The translations under genes were made by a program, and so were the position numbers. Positions 38,388-51,734 of a stretch of 64,000 nucleotides of DNA are shown piece by piece (position 1 is the first letter of the stretch; each line of letters begins with the position of its first letter). The stretch spans positions 12,214,001 through 12,278,000 of the forward strand of contig NC_043013.1 of NCBI RefSeq assembly GCF_006345805.1, read 5' to 3'. A model generated the notes under the pieces. It was not told where the DNA came from and made no database searches. It was given only the letters and a program-made list of their open reading frames with translations. This DNA is from Octopus sinensis. Taxonomy: Eukaryota.

Positions 38388-38800
38388 TGTTTCTTTATTA
38401 GCCACACAGGAATGAACACAGAGGGGACAAACTACAAAGTAGAGCCTTTTCTTTTGGGGAGAAAAACAAAATTAAAATTAAAATTAAAATAAAAAAAATA
38501 AAAAGCGGGGTAGGTTTTCGATCAAAATGGATCGTAAAAAGAGAGGAAAAAAACCCCATCAATAGGGATCGTGTATCACAGAAATGTCATGATGTAAAGT
38601 GTAAAGGGGGAAGCAGATAAGGTTTATCCGTGGAAAGAAAAGCCTACGGAAAAGACCACGGTAACCTCGGTCAATAATGTCACATGTTAACACATTTATT
38701 TGCAAGTAAGTAACTCTCTGTTGTAAATTTTTCCGGGTTCATTGGATTATGCTCAAGGTGGCTTCGTCATTCATACGTGCCATCCTTGCTACAAAAACAA
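38388..38800 (-). mobile_element. 3' end of a probable L1/Tx1-like LINE (ORF2 C-terminus plus 3' UTR)
   Basis: VFVARMARMNDEATLSIIQ* (38739-38798) resembles the C-terminus of the 61.9-62.7 kb element (RWVKV..NSTILRIDL*); ends GGCTAATAAAGAAA. The clade call is partly from recall. Confidence 0.6.
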
Positions 38801-39594
38801 GTAATTTGGAACGTTATGGGAAATCGTCTGATCTAAATATTGAGTGAAAGTTTTATCATTTGCTTCTGTCATTGGACTCAGTCATGTTGGGGTATCGCCT
38901 TGTTTAGTCGAGCAAATCCACTACAGTACATATTTCATCTTTTAATTCTGTTAGTCATTCTATAGGTCACTTATGCCGAAGCATATCAGGGCATAATAAT
39001 CAAGAACCGATAGTTACACATCTCTAAAATTTATTTAATTGAAATCGTTTTTGCATCATCCACTCGCATTGAAAACGCCCTGAAAATGTTGTGTAAGATT
39101 GTTAAACATTGAATAAGAATTTGCACTTCAGCTGCTTTAATATAAATCGATTGGTTACGCACAATTATCACATCAAAGGACCATAAGCCACTTATTCAAC
39201 AGAAACATGTGTCGGAATTTAATATACACGAAATATTAATAAAACGAATTTTAAAGATGTGTAACTCCATTCTTCATTATTATGTTTTGATGAGTGTGTG
39301 TGTGTGTGCGCGCACGCGTGAGCTCCTGTTGAAATTTCTCAAATAGTCCCTGCTGGCTTATCAGTTTTTGCCCCCACACTCAGTCCATTGTATACCAATT
39401 TACATAGCAAAGATATATTGTAGTACGCTGACTTTCTCCAAGACTACGGCTAAGAATTCCAAATGAAAATTCTTGGTAACTTTGAAGAGAAATACCAACC
39501 TATTATTGTAAGCTTATGGAGATGATTGGAGAATGCTACATGGACGGTGTAGAAGATATGTGACCTGTCCAACATCGCACCCGACATAGATAGG

Positions 39595-39924
39595 AGGCCC
39601 CCTTCGGTCATGAATGACCATGGGATTACACCTAGAAAGTTACCCTCCGAGGTACAAGTCCGGGGAAGATTGTTTGTGGAAGGTCAGCAATCGCTCATGC
39701 ATACCAGCCTCCTCTCTCCACAGCACTGTTGTTATCCAAGGGAAAGGCAAAGGGGCCAATACAGCTTGGCACCAGTGACGTCACAACTCATTTCTACAGC
39801 TGAGTTAACTGGAGCAACGTAAAATAAAGTGTCTTGCTCAAGGACACAACATACAGCCCGGTCCGGGATTCGAACTCACAGCCTCATGATCGTAAGCTCG
39901 ACGCTCTAACCACTGACCCATGCG
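39595..39924 (-). mobile_element. SINE D, full length (tRNA head plus CORE/V-like domain)
   Basis: A box TGGGTCAGTGG, B box GAGTTCGAATCCC, then GTTGTGTCCTTGAGCAAGACACTT. Confidence 0.88.
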
Positions 39925-40397
39925 TGTTTATATACGGTGTAACTAGGTAAACAGTTGAACATCAGATAAAAATATGCGACATAAGTATATGTACGCCCGA
40001 GGTTCGAATCCCGCTGGTGTTTATTTAATCATGCCTATACCACTATTGAAATTTTGATCGATTAAGAAAAATATCTATATATTAATGTTTATATTTTATA
40101 CATTAATATCTATAAAAATAAATAATAATAATAATAATAATAATAGCAATGATTATTATTGTTATCATCATTATCATTGTTGTTGTTTATCATTATCATA
40201 TTTAGTAATATAGCATATTTTAGGAGGTGAGGTGAGATAGGGAAGAAAGGAATAAAGAGGAGGAAAAGAATATTGAAACGCTACTGCTAGTACTACTACT
40301 ACGGCTGCTGCTGCTACGGCTGCTGCTGCTACTACTGCTACTACCACAACCACCACTACCACCACCACCACTACTACTATTACTACTACTACTACTG

Positions 40398-40434
<37 letters not shown>

Positions 40435-40732
40435 TGATAATGTGTGCGCTTATATGTGTATATAAATACACACACATAAAACACATATATAAGCATATAT
40501 CTATATATATATATGCACACACATATACATATATATATATATGTATGTAGATGTATGTATATATATATATTTGTATGTGTGTGTATATACTCTTATGTGT
40601 ATACGTATACATATGCACATACGCCTACGCGCACACATGTACGCACACACACATACACACACACAAACACACACACATATACACATACACACACACACAT
40701 ACACACACACACACACACAACACACACACACA

Positions 40733-40778
<46 letters not shown>

Positions 40779-42256
40779 ACACACACACACACACACATAC
40801 ACAAATCATTCAGCCCATAAATGTGTCTACGGTCAGCTGATTCGATGTGCAAATATGTGTGACGAGCTAAGGCGCTGACCCTGCTGGTAAAGGTGTCAGC
40901 GGAGGTGGGTTGGGCGACTGATTGGCTGGTGGTGGTGTTGGTGATGGCGGTCACCTTAAATAGGCAGTTCAGATAAACGAAAGCCAGATGCCTGGGGTCA
41001 AGTTTGCGTTGTTTTCCCCTTTGAAGTGACAGCGCTATCAACGAATATTACTGCCATATATTATATTTTTATAAGACCGTATCTCCCCCATGGCTTCTGT
41101 GTGCTCTACCGTCATCAATACCAACACCGCACCATAGCACGCAGCACAACACTACATTAACCCCTTTTCCACCCTCCTTGTCCTACTATTTACCCAGGAT
41201 ATATAAAGATGATGCTCTCATTTTCATGAAAATAATTTTTACCTCTGTTTGAAAATAGCGAAGAGGGTTGGTTGTTGCAGGGTGGAAAAAAGAGACGGCC
41301 ATGTTTGTTAAGAGACAGGCGGTAGCGCTTAGTGCTACTACCACACAAAATTTTCCTCATACCATTCCTTGTAATCTTGCTCCTTTTTTTCTTTCTTTTT
41401 TTTTGAGTAAATACGCACACGTATAGACATAGATGCGATTCATACACATATATACATATTCATGCATACGCATACACATTTGAATAGACAACCAATATCT
41501 TCCAGCTTCTACATCGTCACGCCCGGCCATCTTGAAATTCATTTTTCATTGAAAAATCGATGCATGATGGAATATTATGAGATGGAATGGGATGGAATTG
41601 GATGGGACTGTCTAATAAAATCTTAAGTTGATATTGATGTTAGAAAGTTCGTGGAGGTGGTTCCACTTGGCCAAATTCTTCTAGTCTTCGATACGCCGAC
41701 ACACACACACACATAGATACACACACATGTACACACGTTCACGTTTAATACATATAGACATACATGCACACACATATGTATATATATATATATATATATA
41801 TAGACACATACATATATATCAATACATTTGTGCGTGTGTGTGTCCTTATATATACACAAATATATATATACATATAAATGTGTGTATTCATGTATATGTC
41901 GAGCGCAATGTGTATGTGTGTGTGTGTGTGTGTACGTGAGCGCGTGCTTCATTTATGCAAATTAGTCAAACTATGTATGTGTTCTTTTTTTTCTTCTTTT
42001 TATGCATGCATCCGTCTCATCTGCTGATGACGATTATTGAGGCAAAAACACGTGCCCGTAGCTGTCTTGTTTTTCGACAATCACACAGTTTTTTTTTCTT
42101 TAATGGCATCTCAATATTGAAGAATTAGTGATTCTTGAAATTATTTTCCTCTTTGATTTGGCGTTGGTGCCACTTTCCCACCAAGCGGTTCGTCTGCTCA
42201 ATCTCGAAATGGAGATAATTCGAATGTGTAGAATTCCTTTTGTATATTATTTAGCG

Positions 42257-42474
42257 CAGTAATCCCTCGCCATATTGCGGTTCACCAATTTATTTTTAAG
42301 CTTACGTCGATTCCTCTGTGGTGTTGTTTTGCAATTTATATTAAAATAGATTATATAAAGTATAAAAATAATTTTAAAAAATATATACCGTACAGTACTG
42401 TTTCTACGTCGAGGATTTTCACTTATCGCGGTGGGTCTTGGAACCTAACATCCGCGATAGTCGAGGGATTGCTG
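42257..42474. mobile_element. Tigger/pogo-like MITE
   Basis: TIRs CAGTAATCCCTCG.. / ..CGAGGGATTGCTG, followed by TA. Confidence 0.8.
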
Positions 42475-42554
42475 TACACCCTTATAAGTCTTTATTCGAA
42501 TACATGCCCATTGCCCACCCTGAGATATTTTTTGTTTCTTACATATACATAATT

Positions 42555-42597
42555 ACATGCATGCATACATGCATACATACATACATACATACATACA

Positions 42598-42631
<34 letters not shown>

Positions 42632-42678
42632 CATACATACATACATACATACATACATACATACATACATACATACAT

Positions 42679-42742
<64 letters not shown>

Positions 42743-42784
42743 CATACATACATACATACATACATACATGTATACATACATACA

Positions 42785-42818
<34 letters not shown>

Positions 42819-42897
42819 CATACATACATACATACATACATACATACATACATACATACATACATACAAACATGTATACATACATACATACATACAA
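42555..42897. repeat. (CATA)n microsatellite
   Basis: Read directly. Confidence 0.98.
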
Positions 42898-43009
42898 ACA
42901 TCTCTGTGTATGTGTGTGCATATATATTCTGAAACTGTGGAATCATTAACCCTGACATCTTTCTTTTGTCTTTGTGTGTGTATGTATATACATACATATA
43001 CATACATAA

Positions 43010-43044
<35 letters not shown>

Positions 43045-43047
43045 AAT

Positions 43048-43112
43048 GGCCAACCAAAGCTTTGTGAGTGGATTTGGTAGACGGAAACTGAAAGAAGCCC
43101 GTCGTATATACG

Positions 43113-43153
<41 letters not shown>

Positions 43154-43354
43154 TTGTGTGTCTGTGTTTGTCCCCCTAGCATTGCTTGACAACCAATGCT
43201 GGTGTGTTTACGTCCCTGTCACTTAGCGGTTCGGCAAAAGAGACCGATAGAATAAGTACTGGGCTTACAAAGAATAAGTCCCGGGGTCGATTTGCTCGAC
43301 CAAAGGCGGTGCTCCAGCATGGCCGCAGTCAAATGACTGAAACAAGTAAAAGAG
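43048..43354 (+). mobile_element. SINE A, 5'-truncated
   Basis: High similarity to 15447-15862. Confidence 0.92.
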
Positions 43355-43392
43355 TATATATATATGCATATATACATACATATATGTACATA

Positions 43393-43493
<101 letters not shown>

Positions 43494-43607
43494 CATCCAT
43501 ATGTGTGTACAGGACGTCAAAAAACGTGAACAAAATGAAAAACGAGAACAAAAATGACTGAAACACATAAAAGAATAAAAAGGAATAATATATACACACG
43601 TGTGTTC

Positions 43608-43661
<54 letters not shown>

Positions 43662-43871
43662 CAAGATATTGATCAGGGCGAAACTATAGATGATCAAGAT
43701 GGCTGCTCAGTGGGGCTAAACCGGAAACCACATATTTGCAACGCGAGCTTTTTATCCGCACATCCATGCGTGATCTTCGTTTTCTTTTTCTTTTCTTTTT
43801 TCTTTTTGTTTCTTGAGGGACATCTTGCTGCTGTTTCGCGTAGGTTTACCAATCATGTAGCGGCTTCGTTA

Positions 43872-44316
43872 TTTATATTTATTTATTGCCCACAGAAGCC
43901 TGAACATAGAGGGGACAAACAAGAACAGACAAAGGGATGAAGTCGATTACATCGACCCCAGTGCGTAACTGGTACTTAATTTATCGAGCCCGAAAAGATG
44001 AAAGGCAAAGTCGACCTCGGCGGAATTTGAACTCAGAACGTAGCGACGGGCGAAATACCGCTAAATATTTCGCCCGGCGCGCTAACGATTCTTATTTTTT
44101 TTATTGCCCACAAGGGGCTAAACATAGAGGGGACAAAGAAGGGGATTAAGTCGATTAAATCGACCCTAGTGCGTAACTGGTACTTAATTTATCGACCCCG
44201 AAAGAATGAAAAGCAAAGTCGACCTCGGCGGAATTTAAACTCAGAACGTAACAGCAGACGAAATAACGCTAAATATTTCGCCCGGCGGGCTACCGATTCT
44301 GCCAGCTAGCCGCCCT
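43872..44316 (-). mobile_element. SINE B1 head-to-tail dimer (43872-44092 and 44093-44316)
   Basis: Two colinear units with the same junction as at 3469/3470. Confidence 0.92.
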
Positions 44317-44399
44317 CGGTTTCGTCATCTACTCACGATGTTGTTGGATATCGACATAGTCTTAAGATTTTTACTTTCTTTTTAAACGCTGAGCGCATT

Positions 44400-44843
44400 T
44401 AACTTGCGAAACATGGCATACAGCATCTCGAAAGAGTCCAGAAGCTGGCTACCCGCATGGTTCTTGGTCTCAAGAATTTGTCTTATGAAGAAAGGCTGAA
44501 GATGCTCGATCTTTATTCTCTAGAAAAACGACGACGCCGTAGCGATCTCATTCTTGCTCACAACATCATAAGCGGAAAGTGTAACCTTTCGAAGGAGCTG
44601 TTCTTCACTCCTGCTCCAGAGCGTCGGCTGCGTGGTCATTCCGAAAAGCTCTGTCTGCGGATCCGTGGAATAAGCTGCCGGACGAGATGGTGAAGATGCC
44701 GACGACCGCTCGGTTCAAAGTCTCCCTTGACCACAAGTGGCCTGAACTCTTTACATGAACACCACCTTGTACATAACTCCATGTCCCCCTACATGGCCTT
44801 GCTTTTTTGCTTTTTGAGGCAAAAAATTAATTAACTAACTAAA
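44400..44843 (+). mobile_element. CR1-clade LINE 3' fragment with internal deletion
   Basis: LERVQKLATRMVLGLKNLSYEERLKMLDLYSLEKRRRRSDLI, LRGHSEKL, PWNKLPDEMV; (TAAC)n tail. Confidence 0.92.
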
Positions 44844-45490
44844 TCTTTAATGAAAACTCAAACAGAAGAGACGAAACTGAAGTCACAATTCCTAAATTTT
44901 AATGTGCTGTGGGAACAAACGGTTCTCCACCGTGTCCACTGTCAAATAACAGCGGGGTTGATGAAATCTATTTTAAAGAAATTTACTCAAACTTTGAATT
45001 CGCAGTGGGATTATTGCATTAATAAATGCTTTTGCTAGCATTAATCTAGCTCTTAGCTTAGCACAAACAAAGTACAATGGATTTAAAGTCAGCTTTAATT
45101 TTTTCTAATTAAATTCAAAACATGATTTATTAGTGTTCGACGAATTCATTCCAGTTAAGAGTTTAATTAATGAGTCTTATCATAACAATATGCGAGGCAA
45201 CCGGTTCAAAAGCATTAAATAAATAATTACATTAAATAAATAAATAGATAAATAGACGGAAAAAAACAACAAAAAATTTTAATGTAACTTGAATTTGTTT
45301 AAAATACGTTTTTATTTTCTATGTCTTTTTGAAGTGTTCGTTAATACATGAATAATAAATTTTGCATTGTTTAGAATAAATAAATTATTTTAGTAAAACA
45401 TATACATCATGTAGCCAGTAAGTCTATTAGACGAGGGTTATTTTATTTTATTTTATTTATTTTTGGCTTGTTTTTTTCTTTTTGTTATAC

Positions 45491-45629
45491 TTTTCGAACT
45501 TGGTGGGGATCATCAGTCCGTGGAAGATGGGATAGACAACCAACAAACAACACAAACAAGCAAACAAACAAAATAAAAGTCTGATTGTTGGACAGATGAA
45601 TCCAGAAACCATTACTCATAGTGTATATC
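45491..45629 (-). CDS. Candidate first coding exon (ATG at 45619; signal-peptide-like 43 aa)
   Basis: Acceptor GTTGTTCTCTGTTGCAG|, ACTATGA, MSNGFWIHLSNNQTFILFVCLFVLFVGCLSHLPRTDDPHQVRK, moderate donor AAA|GTATAA. The hydrophobic stretch is TTTG-rich low-complexity sequence. Confidence 0.28.
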
Positions 45630-45834
45630 CTGCAACAGAGAACAACAATGGATCAAGCGATACCGAGTTCTCTTTAGACTAAAACCTACAACCCCAATAC
45701 TTAGAACAGCAACTTCTCCACTAAAGGTACCCGAGAGCAAAATTAGTGGGTTTAACCTACCAAAGCAGAAACGCGTGAAGTACACCGGTCAGGCTTTCAC
45801 ACAATTTCCGTAAATTCTTATTAATATTGGCATA

Positions 45835-46153
45835 CTCTCTCTCTTACTCTTTTAATTGTTTCAGTCATTTGACTGCGGTCATGCTGGAGCACCGCATTTA
45901 GTCGAGCAACTCGACCCCGGGACTTATTCTAGGGGAACAAACACAGACACACAAACACACACACATACATACATATATATACACATATACGACAGGCTTC
46001 TTTCAGTTTCTGTCTACCAAATCCACTCACAAGGCATTGGTCGGCCCGGGGCTATAGCAGAAGACACTTGCCCAAGATGCCACGCAGTGGGACTGAACCC
46101 GGAACCATGTGGTTGGTTAGCAAGCTACTTACCACGCAGCCACTCCTGCGCCT
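45835..46153 (-). mobile_element. SINE A with internal deletion
   Basis: Colinear; segment missing after GACTTATTCT. Confidence 0.92.
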
Positions 46154-46399
46154 GAGTAGGATCGAAACGAAGTTACGTTAGAAAGACTGTTGCTCAAAGT
46201 TTCATTCTGTGGGATCGAACAATGAACTGTGTATTGCTCTACGTGTTGTGACGCTCTGACGCCGAAGTTAAGTTTGCTTTTCGAGCAATCGGGATCGATA
46301 TATTACAAATCCAATACTGGAGTCGATGTTTTTCTCTGTCTCTATCTGTATCTCTCTCACTCTCTATCTATCTTGATTTCTCTCTACTTCTCTTTCATT

Positions 46400-46447
<48 letters not shown>

Positions 46448-46599
46448 CACATACACACACACACAAACTCTCTCTCCCCCTCTCTCTCTCTCTCACATAC
46501 ACACACACTCTCATACATACACTGTCCGAAAGAAATCGGTTACAACAGACTCGTGGAATAGGCATTGCTAGGATTAAAGGGCCAAAACAGATATAGTTA

Positions 46600-46748
46600 C
46601 GGAGGGCTTCTTTCAATCTCCGTCTATGAAAGACACTCATTAGGGTTTGCTAGGCCGAAGGCTTTAGTAGAAGACACTCGCCCAAGGTGCCACGCAGTGG
46701 GACTGAACTCGGAACCATGTGGTTGGTAAGCAAGCTACTTACCACAGA
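46600..46748 (-). mobile_element. SINE A 5' part
   Basis: Head and CORE-like segment. Confidence 0.85.
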
Positions 46749-46779
46749 GTCAGGCGTACAATATTGACAATAACGTAGA

Positions 46780-47270
46780 TAAGCGAGATGGTGATGGTGA
46801 TGGTAGTGATGGTGGTGGTGCTGGGGCTGATATGTTGGTGGTGACATTGATTAAAATGATGATGGCTGGTTGTGATGGTAACCAAGATGTTGATGGCAAT
46901 GGTCGTGATGATGATGATATGCCGATGATGTTGACAATGATGGTAACGATGATGATGAGGAGGACAAATGTAATGACGACGATGATAGCGAGTAGTAGTG
47001 GTAGTGGTGTTGGGTAGTAGTAGTAGTAGTAGTAGTAGTGGCAGTAGTAGTGATGGTGATGGATATACTAATAGTAGGAGAAAAACAGCATTACCAACGG
47101 CAGCAGTTGTAGTAGTAGTAGTAGGAGTAATAGTAGGAGGAGTAGTAGGAGTAGTTGTTGTAGTATCTGCTGCAGCAGCAATGGCACCAAGACGTTTTTT
47201 GCAAACATTACTGCTACATTCCAAGCAATAATATCTCGAGAACATAATTCCTTCAAGAAGGCATCGTTAA
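46780..47270. repeat. GAT/GTA/GCA trinucleotide low-complexity tract
   Basis: Read directly. Confidence 0.85.
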
Positions 47271-48437
47271 TTGCAGTCACGCCTCATCGAATAAGAAAGC
47301 TATTTCCCTTTATTTAACCATAGCATATCTAGGATTACATTATTGCTGTGTTCAGTTATAGACTTCTTTTATGGATGTGATTTCAAGAAGACTCGGTTGC
47401 TATTTCTAAATATAGCTTGTTTAATTCGCATGTTTTAGTTTGTGCTGTTTAACCCTAGGTCGCACCTGATTGAGATAAATATATATTCAGGGCCGTAGCT
47501 AGGGTGGGGGAAGCGGGGCACATGCCCTGGGCGCCACTTTGAGGGAGTTTTTGGTCGGCCCGTGGCTATAGTAGAAGACACTTGCCCAAAGGTGCAGCAT
47601 GGTGAGACTGAACTTGAAGCCACGGATTGCGATGCGGGCTTCTTAACCAACGATGAAAGACATTTCCTTCTTGATCATCACGTCTTTCTTACACACTTCC
47701 TAGACAGAATGGACCTATAATGAATTACGTTCCAAACGTGACAGTCAAGCAAGACAGTAGGGGTTAATTTCAAACAAGGTGAACCACCATATAGAGACCT
47801 CCTCATTAACTTATTCAAAATACAGCCTATGTTGCTTATTTCTCAAACATTTTACTTGGGTGTTAGCTATTGTTGCAGATAAAGGAGAACCCATAGAGAA
47901 CCGTCTATTTGGATGTTAGCCATTTTCATATAGAATATCACAATTAATAAATGGCATTTAAATTCGCTTTCTTTTTCAAGCGTTTTGTCTTCGTTTAGTC
48001 TTACATTGACCATCATTAAACATTTGTCAGTTCAAACAAATGTGAATATTTTAATTACAGTTACGTGATCGATGAGTAATTAAGTGGCAACGTTCGGTGG
48101 TATTATGACGCTAAAATGAGAGAAGTAATTAATTAAACATCTCAAACATCATATATTATATAATGTGAGAACAAATCAGAGATAATTTCCTGCAGAACAT
48201 AGCTGTTGCTATTGTTATTTAACCCTGAAACAGCTTTAACATATTCTTTTGCAGCCCAGCATCTGAACGACTGAGCTAGAATTTGTGCGCAGCCTGGGTC
48301 AACTTCTGAGTTGGTCGCTCTTTCTCCTACTGAGTTCTCAAACCTATGCAGGCTTATGTAGCATACCCAAAATGTGCCGCTCCCATTAAAGTCTCACTTG
48401 AGCGCAGACTGCCTCAGTGCACCCTCTCCAAGCTACG

Positions 48438-48706
48438 CTACTCTCTTACTCTTTTACTTGTTTCAGTCATTGACTGCGGCCATGCTGAAGCACTGCCTTT
48501 AGTCGAGCAAATCGACCCCAGGACTTATTCTTTGTAAGCCTCGTACTTATTTTATCGGTCTCTTTTTCAGTTTCCGTCTACCAAATCCACACACAAGGCT
48601 TTGGTCGGCCCGAGGCTATAGTAGAAGACACTTGCCCAAGGTGCCACGCAGTGGGACCGAACCCAGAACCATGTGGTTGATAAGCAAGCCACTTACCACA
48701 CAGCCA
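48438..48706 (-). mobile_element. SINE A lacking its internal microsatellite region
   Basis: Junction GGTCTCTTTT|TCAGTTTCC. Confidence 0.92.
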
Positions 48707-49884
48707 GTTTTTTTATAATTATTATGACACGTGGCTTTGGACTACATTATCTAATGTGTCCTTTTTTTAATGACTACGGTGTAATTTGACGATCATCTGG
48801 TGGTTATTTCTAGAAGGTCAAACTGTCATGTTGTGGGTTCCTATTTTTGGTTCGCAGTATGATGTGAATCTAAACTATGAAAGTGTTGAATAAAAAAGTA
48901 AGGCAGAGTTAAATGTCTGCTAATTGTCTGTCATTGATGCTGTTGTTGACGTTCTTGTTGTTTAGTCCGAGCTCAGGATTGATAAGATTAATGATTAAAG
49001 AAATAACACCATTCCTTATCAGGGTTTTGTTTTGTGTTTTGTTTTTGTTTCAGTCACAGTGAATCTTGGACAACATTAGCTAAAATGTCCACCATTATCC
49101 TGGTTGTAGTTGTTTGACACAAAGTAATTTCTGACTGAAAAAAACTAATAATCAAAGATATTCCAGCATCACTAGTGCCAGCAATAACAAGGAAAACAAC
49201 ATTGGTTAATTATGTGGTCAGTCTATTTGCTAGGAATAGCAACAAAACCTCCCTCAAATTACGTGCTGCCCACTAAAAGGGCTTATTGAATAATCTAACC
49301 CTTGTAACATTATGTCAGGAATAAAATAAATAAAACAAGATGGTTAAGGCTGGAATATATATAATTATGCATTTGTTTAATCTGGAATGAACTGGGGGCT
49401 CACCATCACCATTTCCACCACCTATACCACCAACATCCCTACCAATACCAATAACAACAGAAACTCAGACGTATTTACTCAGGCAGTGTATCTGAGACCT
49501 AGGGCTACAGTGTCTAATATATCCAGCATGGAGGACAGTTGACAGGATATTTATCTTGCAAAGACACGTGACGTCATATTAATTTGTCCAATGGTCAACC
49601 TTGATATTTTACAATTGACATTTAGGTCATAATTAGTAACTTGACAATATAATCACCCTGCTGAATGATAAATGATTGCATTTCTGAAACAGCTGTTGTA
49701 GAGTTATTTGTTGCTGCTGTTATCGTTGTAATCGTACACTCGGCCCGTAATGGGATAGAATTGTTCGACTAAACCCTTCAAAACAGTGCTCCAGCATGAC
49801 CGCAGTCCAATGCCTGAAGCAAGTAAGAGATAAGAGATAAAAGATAATGAAATATTCATTGTCGCTGTTTACGTTCGCCCGTTA

Positions 49885-50110
49885 CATGGCTTTACGCCAT
49901 TGATGATCCTTGGCCCTTTTTCAGCTTAATTCAGTCTGTTGCGTGCCATCGGGGTAAATGTTAGTCTTGAAGATAACATCCATCCCTCCTTCCAATCACA
50001 AAGGTTCTGAATGGACCCAAAGGTATAGTGCCTTTTGCGCAAGAGTCCTCTTTGGACATTTTACGAAATTCCTACATTGACCAATAAACGTGTGTCCGTT
50101 CACTCTGATA
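49885..50110 (-). mobile_element. RTE-like LINE 3' ORF relic
   Basis: Frameshifted FRKMSKEDSCAKG..IGRR..AKDHQWRKAM resembles RTE C-termini. Confidence 0.45.
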
Positions 50111-50256
50111 CATTTGGAATTTGCTGCTTTACAAAAATAGATGGGTGGAAATCTTTATAACCAACACCAGAGGGTTGGATTTCGGAAAGTTATCGTTGAT
50201 TAATTTTTCCACTCCCATCGCGTAAATGTCTAAAATGCAATTTGAAAATTATAATT

Positions 50257-50643
50257 AGGCATAGCTGTTTGGTAAAAAAGTTCGCTTTGCAAGCATGTGG
50301 TCTCTAGTTCGGTTACACAGCATGGCACGTTGTGAAAAGGTCTTTCATTATAGCCCCGGGTCGATCAATGCCTTGTGATGAGTTTGGTAGGCAGGTACTG
50401 TGTAGAAGCCCGTCGCGTATGTATACGCACACGCATACACACAAACACACACACACACACACACACACATATATCTGTGAATGTGTGTGTGCGCGTGTTT
50501 TTGTGTCTGTGTTTGCCCTCATCATCGCTTGACAACCTGTGCTGATGCGTGTTTTTGTCCCCGTAAAAGAGGAGTTTGACAAAAGAGACCGATAGAATAA
50601 GTATTAAGCTTAAAAACAAATCCTGGGGTGCGATTTGTTCGAC
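50257..50643 (+). mobile_element. Old SINE A
   Basis: Colinear and diverged. Confidence 0.8.
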
Positions 50644-51415
50644 CAAGTAACCTAACTTTAAAGAATAGGTGCTAGGATCAAGTTGTTCGACTAAACCCTT
50701 TAAAGCAGTAAAATTCCCCTCAAATCCTGCCTTACTGACTTAAAGAAAGACCTTATTGAATAATCTAGCTTTTGCAGCACTATGTCAGAAACAAAAGAAA
50801 ATAAAACGGGATAGTCACGGCTGGAATATATATAATCATGTGTTGTTTCAATCTGGAATGACATGGGGGTTCACTACCACCATTATCAGCACTACCACTA
50901 CCGACAGCAGTAACAACAACAATAACTTGAAAAGCAACAACAACAACTTGAAAAACAACAACAACAACAAACTCAGACGCATTATGGAGCGGAAAATGGC
51001 TGCCAACAAATTAATGTAGTGAAGATGACGCGTCCATCAATTTAGACCCGATCCGAGTACTTTATGTCACTTTCTTAATGTAGAACACTCAACGTTAATC
51101 TCTTAGTTTTATTGCTTCGTCTTATACATTGACGACTATGGAGTAGGAATAATAAAATAGCAGTTTCTAAAATGCCAGACTCTCTACCGAGAATTTCTGT
51201 CATGAAACTGTTTAACTGCTGTCGATGTTGCTGTGTGATATCATTGTTGTTGTTGCTGTTGTTGCTGCTGCTGCTGTTTTATATCCCTAACATGCTTATA
51301 TTTATTATGAGATAACGTAGTATTATCATTATATTTTTATAGGAGATTAGCTTCTTTATTATTATTATTGTTGTTGTTGTTGTTGTTGTTATTATTATTA
51401 TTATTATTATTGTTG

Positions 51416-51460
<45 letters not shown>

Positions 51461-51666
51461 GTTGTTGTTGTTGCTGCTGCTGCTGTTGTTGTTTAGTACT
51501 AAAAATTGAAACGTGTTATAGTGAGAATTTTATTGTATGGCAATATGGTTATTATGTGATAAATTTATAGAATATGGTGATATAATGACATTATTATGTA
51601 ATTCAGTTACAATATATACATACATACACATACACACACACACACACACACCACACACACACACAC

Positions 51667-51734
<68 letters not shown>

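Larger units (their letters stand above)
49245..50985 (+). repeat. Two related family-E variants (49245-49477 and 50710-50985)
   Basis: Shared CTTATTGAATAATCTA...GGCTGGAATATATATAAT...ATCTGGAATGA...AAACTCAGACG. Confidence 0.7.

Noticed and set aside
45488-45518. CTGATGA...GAAA on the minus strand
   Set aside because: The intervening sequence cannot form stem II and there is no stem I.
46739-47245. 168-aa Thr/His-rich ORF
   Set aside because: Trinucleotide low-complexity sequence.
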